Notes under the pieces: generated by a model
Seen by the model: the letters and a program-made list of their open reading frames with translations, nothing else
The model's database searches: none
What the model was told of the DNA's origin: nothing
Made by a program: the position numbers and the translations under genes
Shown here: positions 1 through 10,867 of the stretch, piece by piece
Numbering within the stretch: the stretch's first letter is position 1
How the letters are laid out: every line of letters begins with the position of its first letter
From: Marsupella aquatica
Lineage: Eukaryota; Plantae; Marchantiophyta
Assembly: GCA_973895155.1 (NCBI GenBank)
Contig: OZ316893.1
Location: 6,209,239-6,273,238, forward strand
Reading direction: 5' to 3'
Length of the DNA stretch: 64,000 nt

Positions 1-411
1 AATCGAGATTGTATGCATGTGTGCGCATATGTGTGTGGGTTTCTCGTATATGGGTGGCAGTGCCGGGCCGAACGCACTACCCGAGACGTGCACAGGGTGC
101 AGCCTGCGGGTAAGTGGTTGCGAGCACGGGTTGAGGACCTGTATCATCGAATCCGGATCGAAGGCGGACAGCACGAAGGCTTAGAAGCCCTTAAGCCGGG
201 GTCGATCCTGCTATCGACTAGGGTACGTTCCGGCGGCGGAACACAAACCATACCTAGGAGGTGTCCGTATTTAGCAGTATGCGCACTTAGCGCTAGTTTA
301 CGAGAATAAGGTGCATTACGTGCTTCCCTTCCTGCCCGAACCCTCAGATTTACGAGGGATGTGCCCGTCTAAGCTGAAGTCTGAGTTAAGGCCGAAGCCT
401 ACGACGTGACA
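1..411 (+). repeat. 3' end of the 5' LTR of the family-1 element
   Basis: Direct repeat of 10083-10493; ends in ACA and is followed by a PBS-like TGG motif. Confidence 0.92.
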
Positions 412-423
412 TAGCCTTTGTTT

Positions 424-441
424 TGGCGCTAGATGGAGGGG
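424..441 (+). promoter_or_regulatory. Putative primer-binding site TGGCGCTAGATGGAGGGG
   Basis: TGG-initiated motif 12 nt after the LTR end; cognate tRNA not determined. Confidence 0.6.
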
Positions 442-534
442 GCACTCTACATATCGTAGAGGGGAGACATGTGCGTATTCACCTAGGCAGGATACATCAG
501 GACGTAGTACTAACCATTGCATTTATATGAGTAA

Positions 535-2596
535 ATGCCCGTCACTCGTTCTCAAGCAGCTTACTTGAGGAGATTGACCAGCGAACGAGAAAGTGCAACC
601 ACAACAAGCTCCGACTCGTCGGGCTCGGAGGACTCGCAATCGTCCCGACGTATGAACATACCCCCGGGATCTTCGGGGTCCGGTTCGACCGGCCCTGCTG
701 CGGTTCCACCACCACCACCACCACCACCACCTATGGCAGCCGCTCCACCGGTGGCCCGCGCTGCTCAGGCGCCTCCACAAATATCGCAATGATCGCGATT
801 TCATTATCGACCTTTCAAAGGGCGTCATGGGGATGATCCGGATGAATGGTTGGATGAGTTTGAAGCCACTGCTAAAGCTAATGGGGAAGACGCCATTAAG
901 CTAACCGTCCTCCCGGGAGTAATGCGGGGAGAAGCTCGTCCATGGTACAACTCGTTACCACCCGGGACTACCTGGGCACAATTCCAAGCTGCATTGCTGC
1001 AGGATCAGAACAACGTTCTCTATTAAAGATTGGCCAGCTTCGCATGGGAAAAAAAGAGTCCCTGCGGAAGTTCATTCAAAAGTTTCAGAAACTTGCGGCC
1101 AAGATCCGGCCCAGGCCAGGAGACGCGCTCCAGCTTACATGGTTCCTTCATGGTTTGCCCACGAATATGCAATTCTGGGTACGCCAGAATAATCCAATTT
1201 CAATGCAGGCGGCCATAGCGTGCGCCGAAACTTACCGGGAGTCCACCTATAACTCCCGGCGGAGCCAGCGAGCACGCCGCAGGAAGGGTAAGTACGAAAC
1301 CTTCAGTGACAGTGACTCCGAATCGGACGACGAGAGGAAGAAGAAACGGAAGAAGAAGAAGAAACATCGTTCGACCTCGTCCAGCTCCGAGACGGAATCC
1401 AGTTCGGATTCAGCTTCAAGCATCGGATCCTCTACCCCCAGTTCATCAGGAAGTGACTTGGAGAGCGAAAGCCGGAGCAAAAAGAAGAAGAGACGAGTGA
1501 AGAAGGAGGGGAAGATTAAAACCCCGGGCGCGAAGAACGATACCAGATCCAAAGGCTGCCGAAGCAGACAAGCTGAACGAAATCACGGATCGACTCAAAG
1601 CACTGTCAGTACATCTTGCGGAGAAGCCGGTGGAGAAGAAGAAGCCATCTGAGATTCGAGCCCATGCGTGGTGTTCAAAGTGCTTCCAATCCGGCCATGT
1701 GGTGCAGGAATGCCCAAGGTGGAAGAACCGAGTTCACCAAGTAGAGCTGGATGATGTTGACAACCCGGGCCCCGAATCGGAGTCCACGGAGTATTTCTTT
1801 GAGGACCCCTCCTGATTCCGTGTACCAGATTTCAACGGTTGGTCCGCGTAATTTAGCGGGTAGAACTGCGTACCCCTACCCAAGTAATGGCCGGAGTTTC
1901 CAGGTTATCAGTAACCCGAGCATCCCTCCTAAGCCAGGGATTTGGCGGTCCCCGGTTTGTTACAACTGTGAAAAGCCAGGACACTTTGCGAGGGAATGCA
2001 CCGAACCAAGACGTCAGGGAGATGGCCGAGGCACCCCACTATGTCAAGTTTGCAAAACGGAGGCTCATTCCACGGCCAACTGTCCGTTGGTAATCGCTGC
2101 TCGAACGAGTGCGGCTAGACCGGCCCAGGCTGGACCAGTCACGAGCGATGCAGTCGTCCAAATGATTGCTGTAGAATGGCAAGATGACAACACCGAGTGG
2201 GTGAATCTGGTGGACGTGGCGGAACACCCTAATCCATTGGATGAGGCCGAGTGCTACCGAGTGTCGACAAGGGCCGAACGGAAGGAAGAAAAGACGGAGG
2301 AGAAACGGAGGAAAAAGCAAGATACTATTCCGGTGCAGCCAGCGATAAATATACCCCCGGAAAAGGACGATGACTACCGACGGGACGACCCGAAGCTATT
2401 TTTCCCCCGCATCGAAGAATTGGTAAAGAAACAGCTGGAGGCTTACGAAGCTCGGGAATACCAGAAGGCAATCGATAAGGACATCAAAGCAGCCGAGACA
2501 GCCCGGCGTCAAGAGCAAGAAAAGCAAGATAAACAAGAGGAAGCCAAGTAGCAGCCAACGAAAGAAACAAAGGAGGACTATGATATTAAGGAGGAC
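535..2596 (+). pseudogene. gag: gag, disrupted by stops and frameshifts, three zinc knuckles
   Basis: MPVTRSQ start; past TGA 790-792 reads ..FKGRHGDDPDEWLDEFE..; knuckles CSKCFQSGHVVQEC, CYNCEKPGHFAREC, CQVCKTEAHSTANC; TAG 2549-2551 is in frame with pol. Confidence 0.85.
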
Positions 2597-5500
2597 GTGA
2601 AGAGTTGCCCGGTTACAGCGACGGTGGGGCAACTGCTGCAGAACAACCCACAGTACAGACGACAACTGAGGGAGTTGCTCATGGGTCGCCGAAGGAGAAG
2701 ACTACCCCGAGTTGGGAGTGCGGACTGCAACATGATATGCGAGGACCTTGGAGCGCCGGACATCTCGATCGAAATTAATAACTGTACCATCAAGATGGTC
2801 CTTGTAGACGGAGGAGCGGGAGTCAACATCATGACTGAAGAAACGTCAGTCAAGTTAGGATACCTCACGTATCAACCCACGGCCCGAGCTATCAGATTAG
2901 CAAACGGGGCAAGGGTCCTCCCATTAGGCACGCTCACACGAGTGCTCACTCTGGTGGGAGGGGTAGAGTTCTATCTCAACTTCTTAGTCATGAGGCCGGT
3001 TCGTCCCTCCTCTTATCCGGTTCTTCTGGGCAGGCCGTGGCTGTACGGTGGCCGTGTAGTCACGGATTGGGGAAAGAAGGAGCTACGGTTTGGGGAACCC
3101 ACCGTACGGGTATCCTGGGCAATGGACGATTATCAGGGAGAAACCCCACAAGGACCCAAGGAATATGATTCGGAGACCTCGGAGGAAGAGGAACTCAATA
3201 TGATCGAACTCATCTCGTCCCTATCCGAGGAAGATGTCTTCGGAGTTGAAGCAACCCGAGAAACACATCTCCTAAATTACCCGAGGGCTGCCATTGAGTC
3301 CACCCCAAGTACATCTACTGTCGGGGATGAGGAAACGCACGAACAACTCGTCGAGACGGAGGACACGGCTCCAGCCAAGCAGGGAGCCGTGGCTACTCCT
3401 TCCATTTCAGAGCCTTGTAACCATGAACCAGCCCAACAACCGCCTGAGGCCGAAAACTCGAGACCGAGACATAAAAAGCGAGTCTCATGGGATCCGTCCA
3501 TTCCGCAATTGGAGGAAGTAAACCCCATCCCGAGACCAATCCCGGTCCCACCCATGTACGGAGGGGTTCGGTTAGCTGAGCTTGACGCGAGCCTGGACCC
3601 GAGTCTGCGAAACCAGGTTGAAGTCATCAGGAAGGAGCACTACCGGAAGTACACTATTGGGATGGACAAATCTTTTAACCTGGGCCACGCTTTGACGGGG
3701 AAGGCTGAAAAAGCCATCCAAGCTTTGCTCAAGGAATATGAAGATGTGTTTGCATGGAGTCATCATGATTTAACAGGCGTCTCCCCCGAGTTGGGAGAAC
3801 ACACAATCGATCTGAACCTAGGAGCCCATGCGGTACGACAGCGACAACGTCGCATGAATCCGAGGTACTCCATCTTAGTGAAGGAGGAAATTGATCGTCT
3901 CCTCGCCGCCGATATCATTTACCCGGTAATGGCCAGCGACTGGGTCTCTCCCATTGTCATTGTACCAAAGAAGGGAGGTACGGATGGAAAACCTAAGATT
4001 CGTATCTGTCAGGACTACCGTAAGCTGAATGACGCAACCCGAAAAGACCATTACCCATTACCATTCACGGATATGGTTCTAGATATGGTGGCCCGAAATG
4101 AAATCTATACATTTCTTGACGGGTATTCAGGTTATAACCAAATCTGGATTCGTCTCGCGGATCAGCTCAAAACAACGTTCACTACGGAGTGGGGAACGTT
4201 CGCATTTCGGAGGATGCCTTTTGGTCTGTGTAACGCCCCGGCTATGTTTCAGCGCCTTATGATGAATATCTTCCACGATTTCCTACGGGAATTTTTGGAG
4301 ATATTTATCGATGACTTTGCCATCTTCGGAACCGTTGCCATGCACCCCGAACACCTACGACGAACGTTGCAACGATGCCGAGATGTTAACCTCAAACTAC
4401 ATCCCTCCAAATGCTTCTTCGGGGTAGAGGAGGGGGTGTTACTCGGGCATCGTGTGTCCAAACGGGGCATTGAGGTGGACCAAGAGAAAGTTGCAGCCTG
4501 GATGGCGGTGGTGTTCCCCTTGGATCAAAAAGCAGTACGATCCTTCTTGGGCTGCGTAGGGTATTACCGCCGGTTCATTAAAGACTTTGCTAAAATTGCG
4601 TTGCCCTTAACTGAGATGATGAAGAAGGACGCAGCGGTCGAGGAAACACCCCGGAGACGGATTGCTTTTGAGGAACTCCGTAAACGACTCACCACCGCGC
4701 CTATCATGGTCACCCCAGACTGGAATAAGGAGTTCCACGTGTATGTCGATGTGTCAGGGTTCTGTATCGGATCCGTACTTAGTCAGCTAGATGAGGATGG
4801 ACGTGATCACCCCATCTATTTCGCTAGCCGTCAACTATTTGCAGCCGAAAAGAATTATTCCCCCACTGATCGAGAAGCTTTGGGAATAATCTACTCGTGT
4901 AAAAAGTTCCGACACTATCTGCTAGGCTACAAGGTCATTTTCCACACGGATCATGATAGCCTGAAGTACATGGTCAACAAAGCGGATGTGACAGGACGGA
5001 TAGCCCGGTGGGTGCTACTTCTCCAGGAATTTAATTACGAAGTTCGGGTTCGGCCAGGAAGGGTACACCTCAATGCCGATTTCTTTTCACGACTGGACGG
5101 CGTACCAGTCGATCAGCCAATTGATGATATTTTTCCGGATGAGGAGTTGTTCCACGTAGGGGAAGGGACACCAACGTGGTACGGCTCAATAATCACCTTC
5201 CTTTTAACGGGCCGCATCCCTGACGGCATCAATCAGGAGGCCGCCGCTGTGTTTTTACGGAAAGCCGGGCCTTACGTCATGATACAGGGTCACCTACATA
5301 AGGAAGGTATTAACGGAAAGTTACGACGCTGCTTAGAGTATAAGGAGACACTTATCGTGATACGGGCCCTGCATGAAGAAGAAGCTGGAGGCCATTTTGT
5401 GGCAGTTACGACAGCCCGAAAGATTCTGGACTCGGGGTATTGGTGGCCTACGTTGCATCGGGATGTACAGCGCTTCATTAAGGGCTGTGACTTGTGTCAG

Positions 5501-6514
5501 CGAGCGGGGGCCCCGAGGCGGGCTCATCATCACCCGCTCACATCTGTGCTTCCATTGGCACCATTCGAAAAATGGGGAATTGATTATATCGGACCGTTCA
5601 CTCCCGTTACCCGAAGGCGAAGGTGCAGGTACATCCTATTAGCTATTGATTACTCCACCAAATGGGTCGAAGCGCGGGCTACGGTAAAGGATGACGCCGC
5701 AACCAGTGCCAGATTCTTATACGAACAGATTTTCACCCGATTCGGACCGCCCTTAGAATTGGTAAGCGACCGTGGAACCCACTTCCTCAATGACACCGTA
5801 GCCCAGCTTACGGAGCGTTACCTAGTCAAGCACCGCAAGACTACCCCATATCATCCTAAAGCCAACGGGATGGCGGAGAGAGCAAATGGTATCATTGGGA
5901 AGATCCTCAACAAAACTGTAGCTGCGCACAAAATGGATTGGGATGATAAGTTGTACGCGGCGGTGTACTCGTATAATCTAGCTTACAAAACTACTACGAG
6001 TCATAGCCCGTACTTTCTGGTGTTCGGCCAACATTCGTTGGTGCCCGTCGAATTTGAAGTGCACACTCCACGGGTCAGCATTCGGGATCGCTTACCTGAA
6101 TCTGAAAGTCTGTCAGACCGAGCTTATCAGATTGAAGCCTTGGAAGAAGCACGGCTACTGGCAGCTCGACACACCGTGAAGAAACAGGCAACTTCGAAGA
6201 AGCAGCACGACAAAGGACTACGGAGGGTCGACGTCGTGGCAGGCGATCTAGTCCTTCTGTACGATAGTAGGTACATGCAGTTTCCAGGGAAGCTGCATAC
6301 CCGGTGGTTGGGGCCCTTCCTTGTCAATCAGATCTACCGAAACGGATCTTTGGAGCTTGCGACGTATGCCGGCGATTTACTCCCCACGCGAATCAGCTAC
6401 GATCGTGTGAAAAAGTACCACCATCAAGATGACGACGCCGATAGCGATGTTCGCGAGGACGCTTCACAATTAAGCAGGGAGCTATGTGACGCCGCCGGTA
6501 CGGCGGTTAAATGA
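2597..6514 (+). CDS. pol: Gypsy pol (protease, RT, RNase H, integrase with GPY/F, no chromodomain)
   Basis: LVDGGAGVN; DYRKLN, MPFGLCNAP, FIDD; DVSG, TDHDSL; H..GGHF..CDLC; GIDYIGP, SDRG; LGPF. ORF runs across the PPT 30 nt into the 3' LTR. Confidence 0.97.
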   Translation: MKSCPVTATVGQLLQNNPQYRRQLRELLMGRRRRRLPRVGSADCNMICEDLGAPDISIEINNCTIKMVLVDGGAGVNIMTEETSVKLGYLTYQPTARAIRLANGARVLPLGTLTRVLTLVGGVEFYLNFLVMRPVRPSSYPVLLGRPWLYGGRVVTDWGKKELRFGEPTVRVSWAMDDYQGETPQGPKEYDSETSEEEELNMIELISSLSEEDVFGVEATRETHLLNYPRAAIESTPSTSTVGDEETHEQLVETEDTAPAKQGAVATPSISEPCNHEPAQQPPEAENSRPRHKKRVSWDPSIPQLEEVNPIPRPIPVPPMYGGVRLAELDASLDPSLRNQVEVIRKEHYRKYTIGMDKSFNLGHALTGKAEKAIQALLKEYEDVFAWSHHDLTGVSPELGEHTIDLNLGAHAVRQRQRRMNPRYSILVKEEIDRLLAADIIYPVMASDWVSPIVIVPKKGGTDGKPKIRICQDYRKLNDATRKDHYPLPFTDMVLDMVARNEIYTFLDGYSGYNQIWIRLADQLKTTFTTEWGTFAFRRMPFGLCNAPAMFQRLMMNIFHDFLREFLEIFIDDFAIFGTVAMHPEHLRRTLQRCRDVNLKLHPSKCFFGVEEGVLLGHRVSKRGIEVDQEKVAAWMAVVFPLDQKAVRSFLGCVGYYRRFIKDFAKIALPLTEMMKKDAAVEETPRRRIAFEELRKRLTTAPIMVTPDWNKEFHVYVDVSGFCIGSVLSQLDEDGRDHPIYFASRQLFAAEKNYSPTDREALGIIYSCKKFRHYLLGYKVIFHTDHDSLKYMVNKADVTGRIARWVLLLQEFNYEVRVRPGRVHLNADFFSRLDGVPVDQPIDDIFPDEELFHVGEGTPTWYGSIITFLLTGRIPDGINQEAAAVFLRKAGPYVMIQGHLHKEGINGKLRRCLEYKETLIVIRALHEEEAGGHFVAVTTARKILDSGYWWPTLHRDVQRFIKGCDLCQRAGAPRRAHHHPLTSVLPLAPFEKWGIDYIGPFTPVTRRRRCRYILLAIDYSTKWVEARATVKDDAATSARFLYEQIFTRFGPPLELVSDRGTHFLNDTVAQLTERYLVKHRKTTPYHPKANGMAERANGIIGKILNKTVAAHKMDWDDKLYAAVYSYNLAYKTTTSHSPYFLVFGQHSLVPVEFEVHTPRVSIRDRLPESESLSDRAYQIEALEEARLLAARHTVKKQATSKKQHDKGLRRVDVVAGDLVLLYDSRYMQFPGKLHTRWLGPFLVNQIYRNGSLELATYAGDLLPTRISYDRVKKYHHQDDDADSDVREDASQLSRELCDAAGTAVK
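6472..6484 (+). promoter_or_regulatory. Polypurine tract
   Basis: AAGCAGGGAGCTA directly before TGTGAC; sister family has AAGTGGGGAGCTA before TGTGAC at 26131-26143. Confidence 0.75.
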
Positions 6515-6843
6515 GTGATTCAGTCTAACTGCGCTCGGCACGCGCGTTAGGTGGGTCTTAGGCCACTATTATTAGCATAACGACAGTATTTAGGTAATCA
6601 TTAGGGGTAGGATATCATTAGGCAATAAGGGGGACTTCAGGTTCGGGCTGGCGGCGGGTCGCTATTCGCACACCCGGGTTATGAGCATGGAGGGGCCCCT
6701 CCCTCGGGTCCGTATAACGAACTTAAGGAAGCGGCCACTGACGCACGCTGACTCAGACCGGCGGAGTGGCCGGTACACCACAAGCGTGAGCGGTTCAACC
6801 TATGGGCGTCGAGGAGACGTCGGGGATCGACAAGCCCTCAAAG

Positions 6844-6850
6844 TATAAAA
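6844..6850 (+). promoter_or_regulatory. TATA box upstream of the LTR-encoded ORF
   Basis: TATAAAA ~108 nt before ATG 6952; kept in minus-strand copies near 31990, 50430 and 56450. Confidence 0.6.
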
Positions 6851-6951
6851 GGGGAGCCAACCCTTTGTAGTGCACCAGTCCATCAGTCCGCGCGCCAGCT
6901 TCGACCCCAGCCCTCTCGTTCTCTCTAGGTCGCCACTACTATCTCCTCTGA

Positions 6952-9594
6952 ATGTCGCACACGATCCTCTCCAGCTCGGCCATTCGATTCTGGACGCAGT
7001 TCCTATCTACCGGAAGGCACTTGGCCGATTCATTGAAACACGCCAACCCGCGCCGATACGAGATCGAACGCGAATACGAGAGAGCCATCCGCCTAGCAGG
7101 ACGACACCACTACGTCCTTAACTTTGACTACCCGTCTCAGAGCGAGCTTTACCGACCAGCTGAGGTATCTGGGTACTTCTTTGACGGAGACAAATATATC
7201 GGGTTCTGGGAAGCATTGCTTCGGCTTCCGGACGAGGTCTTCAATATCCCGGGTACAATCGACCTGCAGCGACATCACTTCGACCACATCCCTGCCCAGG
7301 TTCGGGCAGTCATTAACGGCGAGTCCAGTACCAACCGTTCGACAAGGGCGTCCGCACTCGCTTCGGAGAACTTCTACCAGCACCTACAGAGCTTCATGGG
7401 AACTCGGCCATCAACCAACATGACCAACTCAGCCGTACCCGTACCCGTACCCGTACCCGTGCCCATGCAACCTCAGCTTCAGCTTCAGCCTCAACCGCAG
7501 CCTAGCCAAACCCCACCACCTATCACCCAGCCAGCACAGGTACGCTCCGTCATCAACGCTGTGGATCTTAGCGATGACGACGAGGCTACCCCACCCTTGA
7601 CCAGGCGGCCCAGAGGAACAAGCGCTCGGGGGGCCGACACTATATCGTCCCCACCCCCTGCTCTGACCCCAGGAGCGGCCCCAGCAGACAACATGGTGAC
7701 CGTGGCCACCCCGGGCCCGTTACCAACCGCAGTGGCACTCCCCAGGCCCGATCGGGAGGATGGGGAAGTATCACCTTCCCCGAGTCAGTCACGGGGAAAG
7801 AAGAGGAAGGAATCCGCCAGTGCATCCGGGTTACCGTTGGCCACGGTAGCCGTAGCCAAGGTAACGATGCATCGCATGGGGGAAAACGTTCACAGCAACA
7901 TCCTCCATCCCAAGCATGCGGTGTACCTGAAGACTTAGGGATTTGAGCACCTCGCCTCTCTCCCCTGGAACACTTGCAGGTACTACGGGGAGGACATGAC
8001 AGAATTCATCAAGAATTATGACGACATACGTCAACAGACTCGGCTGCGGGGAAGGAATATGTCCCTCACAGAAGAACGGCTCAAGATGATCTTCGGGTTA
8101 CCCAAAGGTGACCATCGAGTCGAATCACGGGCTCCCGGGGGCAAGGGGGCCAAGTACCAATCTTCAAGTTTTCCCTCAGAGGGATCAGTAGACAACGGGT
8201 TCGTGATGAGGACCTGCCTCATGCCCGAGATAGCTGAGCGGCTGGAGTTCCAGAGGTACGCTCTCCACATGATGGAACCCCGGGGGGAGATCTCCGCCGC
8301 CCAGGTCATCCAGGTCGAGAACTATCGACCTAGGAAGTGGGCGTCGTACTTCGCTAAGAAATTCCATGAAGAGATGGAGCGGCGAAGGAAGACGTTGTAC
8401 ATTGGCGGGAAGGCGTATTTCGCTAGCCACATCGAAATCATTCTTGAGTGGTACGCCCGGTTTGATCGACGAACCCTTCCCCGCATCAACGTTACAAAGC
8501 TGGTCCCAGCTAGGTGGGTTTTTCCGGCATTGGAGAGACGGCCCCAACCCGAGGCCCGAAGTCCAGTGGACACGCCAGCTTCACCCACCCCACCTCCACA
8601 AATAGCTGTAATTGTAACCGAGGAGGCGCCGGAGGGGTCGGTCGTCGCAACCGTTGATGCGACCCAACTAGCCGGGCTAAGTACAGAAGTTGGTACGGCA
8701 GAGGTCTTACCCGAACCCGGGTCTCCCAAGGACCCGCCGGTGGCAATTCCGGAGAACCGGACATCGCTGCAGGAGGATACTCCGGCCCCTTCCAACGTTA
8801 TGTCCCCAGGGCTGGATGTCACTGCCCCGGCCCCTGCGCGTGTTGATGTCTGCCCGTGCCCAAATCCGGACAGGCACAACTTGGACCACCCGGAACTCTT
8901 CGTACAGGGTACGTTTCTGAACGGGCTTCTGGGAGATTTCTCTCATCAAATTGCCCGGGATACCGGGGAGTTCATGGCTCGGAAGGTAGCCTGTTTCTTC
9001 AATCAGGAGTTGGTTGCCGCCATAAAGGCAGGGCGGGCCCAGTCGGAGGCCCTTCAGAGGATAGAGCGGTACCGGGTGGAGTCCGTGTACCTAAAGAACG
9101 AAGTGGCGGCTCAAGAGGCTGAGCTTCTGCAACTACGACCCAAGGTTGCAGCCGCTGATGAGTTGTTAGCAAAGGCGTACGCTCTTACCGCCCTAGCCGA
9201 ACAGGCCAAAGCTGGGAACGAGGCCGAGATTACACGACTCCGGAACCAGATTGACAGTTTGAAGAAACAAGCTGTCACCTGGCAGAAAGACCTGGAGGAG
9301 GCCGAGGAGCGAGCCCAGCGAGACGTGACGGAGATAGCCACGCTGCAGGCTGAGATGGCGCGGCTCCAAACCGAGGCCGAGAAGCAGGACCAGCTGGCGA
9401 GTAAACTGGCGAGCGACGCCCAGCAGCTGGAGGAGGCATGTCAGGAGGCAGCAGAGGAGACGGACGCGGCGAGGTGAGAGAACGAATCTCTGCTAGACCA
9501 GGTCCAGCTCCTCAAAGCGGACAATGACAGGCTTCGAAGGCAGCGGGATGGCCGTTCCCATTCGGGCGGCTCTGGCAAGCGTGCCAGGCATTAG
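6952..9594 (+). pseudogene. LTR-encoded ~880-aa accessory protein (central PMD/plant-transposon-protein-like domain, Pro-rich linkers, C-terminal coiled coil), two in-frame stops
   Basis: ORFs 6952-7938 and 7996-9477 share a frame; TAG 7936 reads CAG in the copy at 24775-26055 and TGA 9475 reads Arg in copies at 33.8 and 53.2 kb; shared end ..GKRARH*. Confidence 0.85.
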
Positions 9595-10493
9595 CGGCGG
9601 AGTAGGAATAGATTAGGATTAGGATTGGCTTAGTCAGGCTCTTGGGACAGGCACCTGCCTTAGGTACGGCAGCGCTGCCCTGCTGTCCAGCCTGCGTAGA
9701 TTAGGATCTTCTAATAAGACACAGCCGTTTTCCGGCCTGACTGTCAGCTTAGTTAGGACCTTGGTCAGCAAATCTTCGGCGGGAGGACACCCCGTTCCTC
9801 GGCTCTTAGTATTTAGTGCACCCCTCGGTAGAGGCAGGGGGGGTTTTTAGTTTCAGAGTCGGACATCCGCGGGACATGCGGGGAGTCCCGACCTCTGGGA
9901 ATGACAGAGTACCAAGGGGAGGGGGTAGGACTAAGCTTGCCGGGCGAGTGCGGAGCCGGGCTCCGTTGTAGTGTGCACCCTTGGCCTTGAACCTGTGCAT
10001 TCCAGGGCTGTCGTGTCAACTAAGTGTACGCATATGTTCCCTTTGTAGTAAAAATCCTTTCCCATCATTTTTCCTTCGTGTAAATTGAGATTGTATGCAT
10101 GTGTGCGCATATGTGTGTGGGTTTCTCGTATATGGGTGGCAGCGCCGGGCCGAACGCACTACCCGAGACGTGCACAGGGTGCAGCCTGCGGGTAAGTGGT
10201 TGCGAGCACGGGTTGAGGACCTGTATCATCGAATCCGGATCGAAGGCGGACAGCCCGAAGGCTTAGAAGCCCTTAAGCCGGGGTCGATCCTGCTATCGAC
10301 TAGGGTACGTTCCGGCGGCGGAACACAAACCATACCTAGGAGGTGTCCGTATTTAGCAGTATGCGCACTTAGCGCTAGTTTACGAGAATAAGGTGCATTA
10401 CGTGCTTCCCTTCCTGCCCGAACCCTTAGATTTACGAGGGATGTGCCCGTCTAAGCTGAAGTCTGAGTTAAGGCCGAAGCCTACGACGTGACA

Positions 10494-10867
10494 TATCCCG
10501 GGCAATTTGATGAGAGAAATCTCCCAGAAGCCCGTTCAGAAACGTACCCTGTACGAAGAGTTCCGGGTGGTCCAAGTTGTGCCTGTCCGGATTTGGGCAC
10601 GGGCAGACATCAACACGCGCAGGGGCCGGGGCAGTGACGTCCAGCCCTGGGGACATAACGTTGGAAGGGGCTGGAGTGTCCTCCTGCAGCGATGTCCGGT
10701 TCTCCGGAATTGCCACCGGCGGGTCCTTGGGAGACCCGGGTGTGCGAATAGCGACCCGCCTAAATACTGTCGTTATGCTAATAATAGCGGCCTAAGACCC
10801 ACCTAACGCGCGTGCCGAGCGCAGTTAGACTGAATCACTCATTAACCGCCGTACCGGCGGTGTCACA
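10494..10867 (-). mobile_element. Internally deleted family-1 LTR fragment, into which element 1-10493 inserted
   Basis: Reverse complement of 6485-6593, ~6653-6678 and ~8717-8962 joined, one junction at shared CCCGGG; intact TGTGAC terminus at 10867. Confidence 0.85.

Larger units (their letters stand above)
1..10493 (+). mobile_element. Ty3/Gypsy non-chromovirus LTR retrotransposon (family 1), 5' LTR cut by window edge
   Basis: gag-PR-RT-RH-IN order; 1-411 repeated at 10083-10493 (offset 10082, about 4 mismatches by eye); both copies end ...CGTGACA. Confidence 0.95.
6485..10493 (+). repeat. 3' LTR, 4009 bp, containing a protein-coding gene
   Basis: TGTGAC...GTGACA termini; other copies stop exactly at these termini (10867, 32352, 50799, 57088; 13468, 34849, 52202); solo copy 52202-57088 has a 5-bp TSD. 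Confidence 0.93.

Noticed and set aside
13-309. Short ORFs repeated near LTR ends (also 10095-10391, 34457-34810)
   Set aside because: Recur only because the LTR is repeated; length varies between copies; no domain
6952-9594. env-like gene
   Set aside because: No signal peptide or transmembrane segment visible, and the ORF lies inside the LTR
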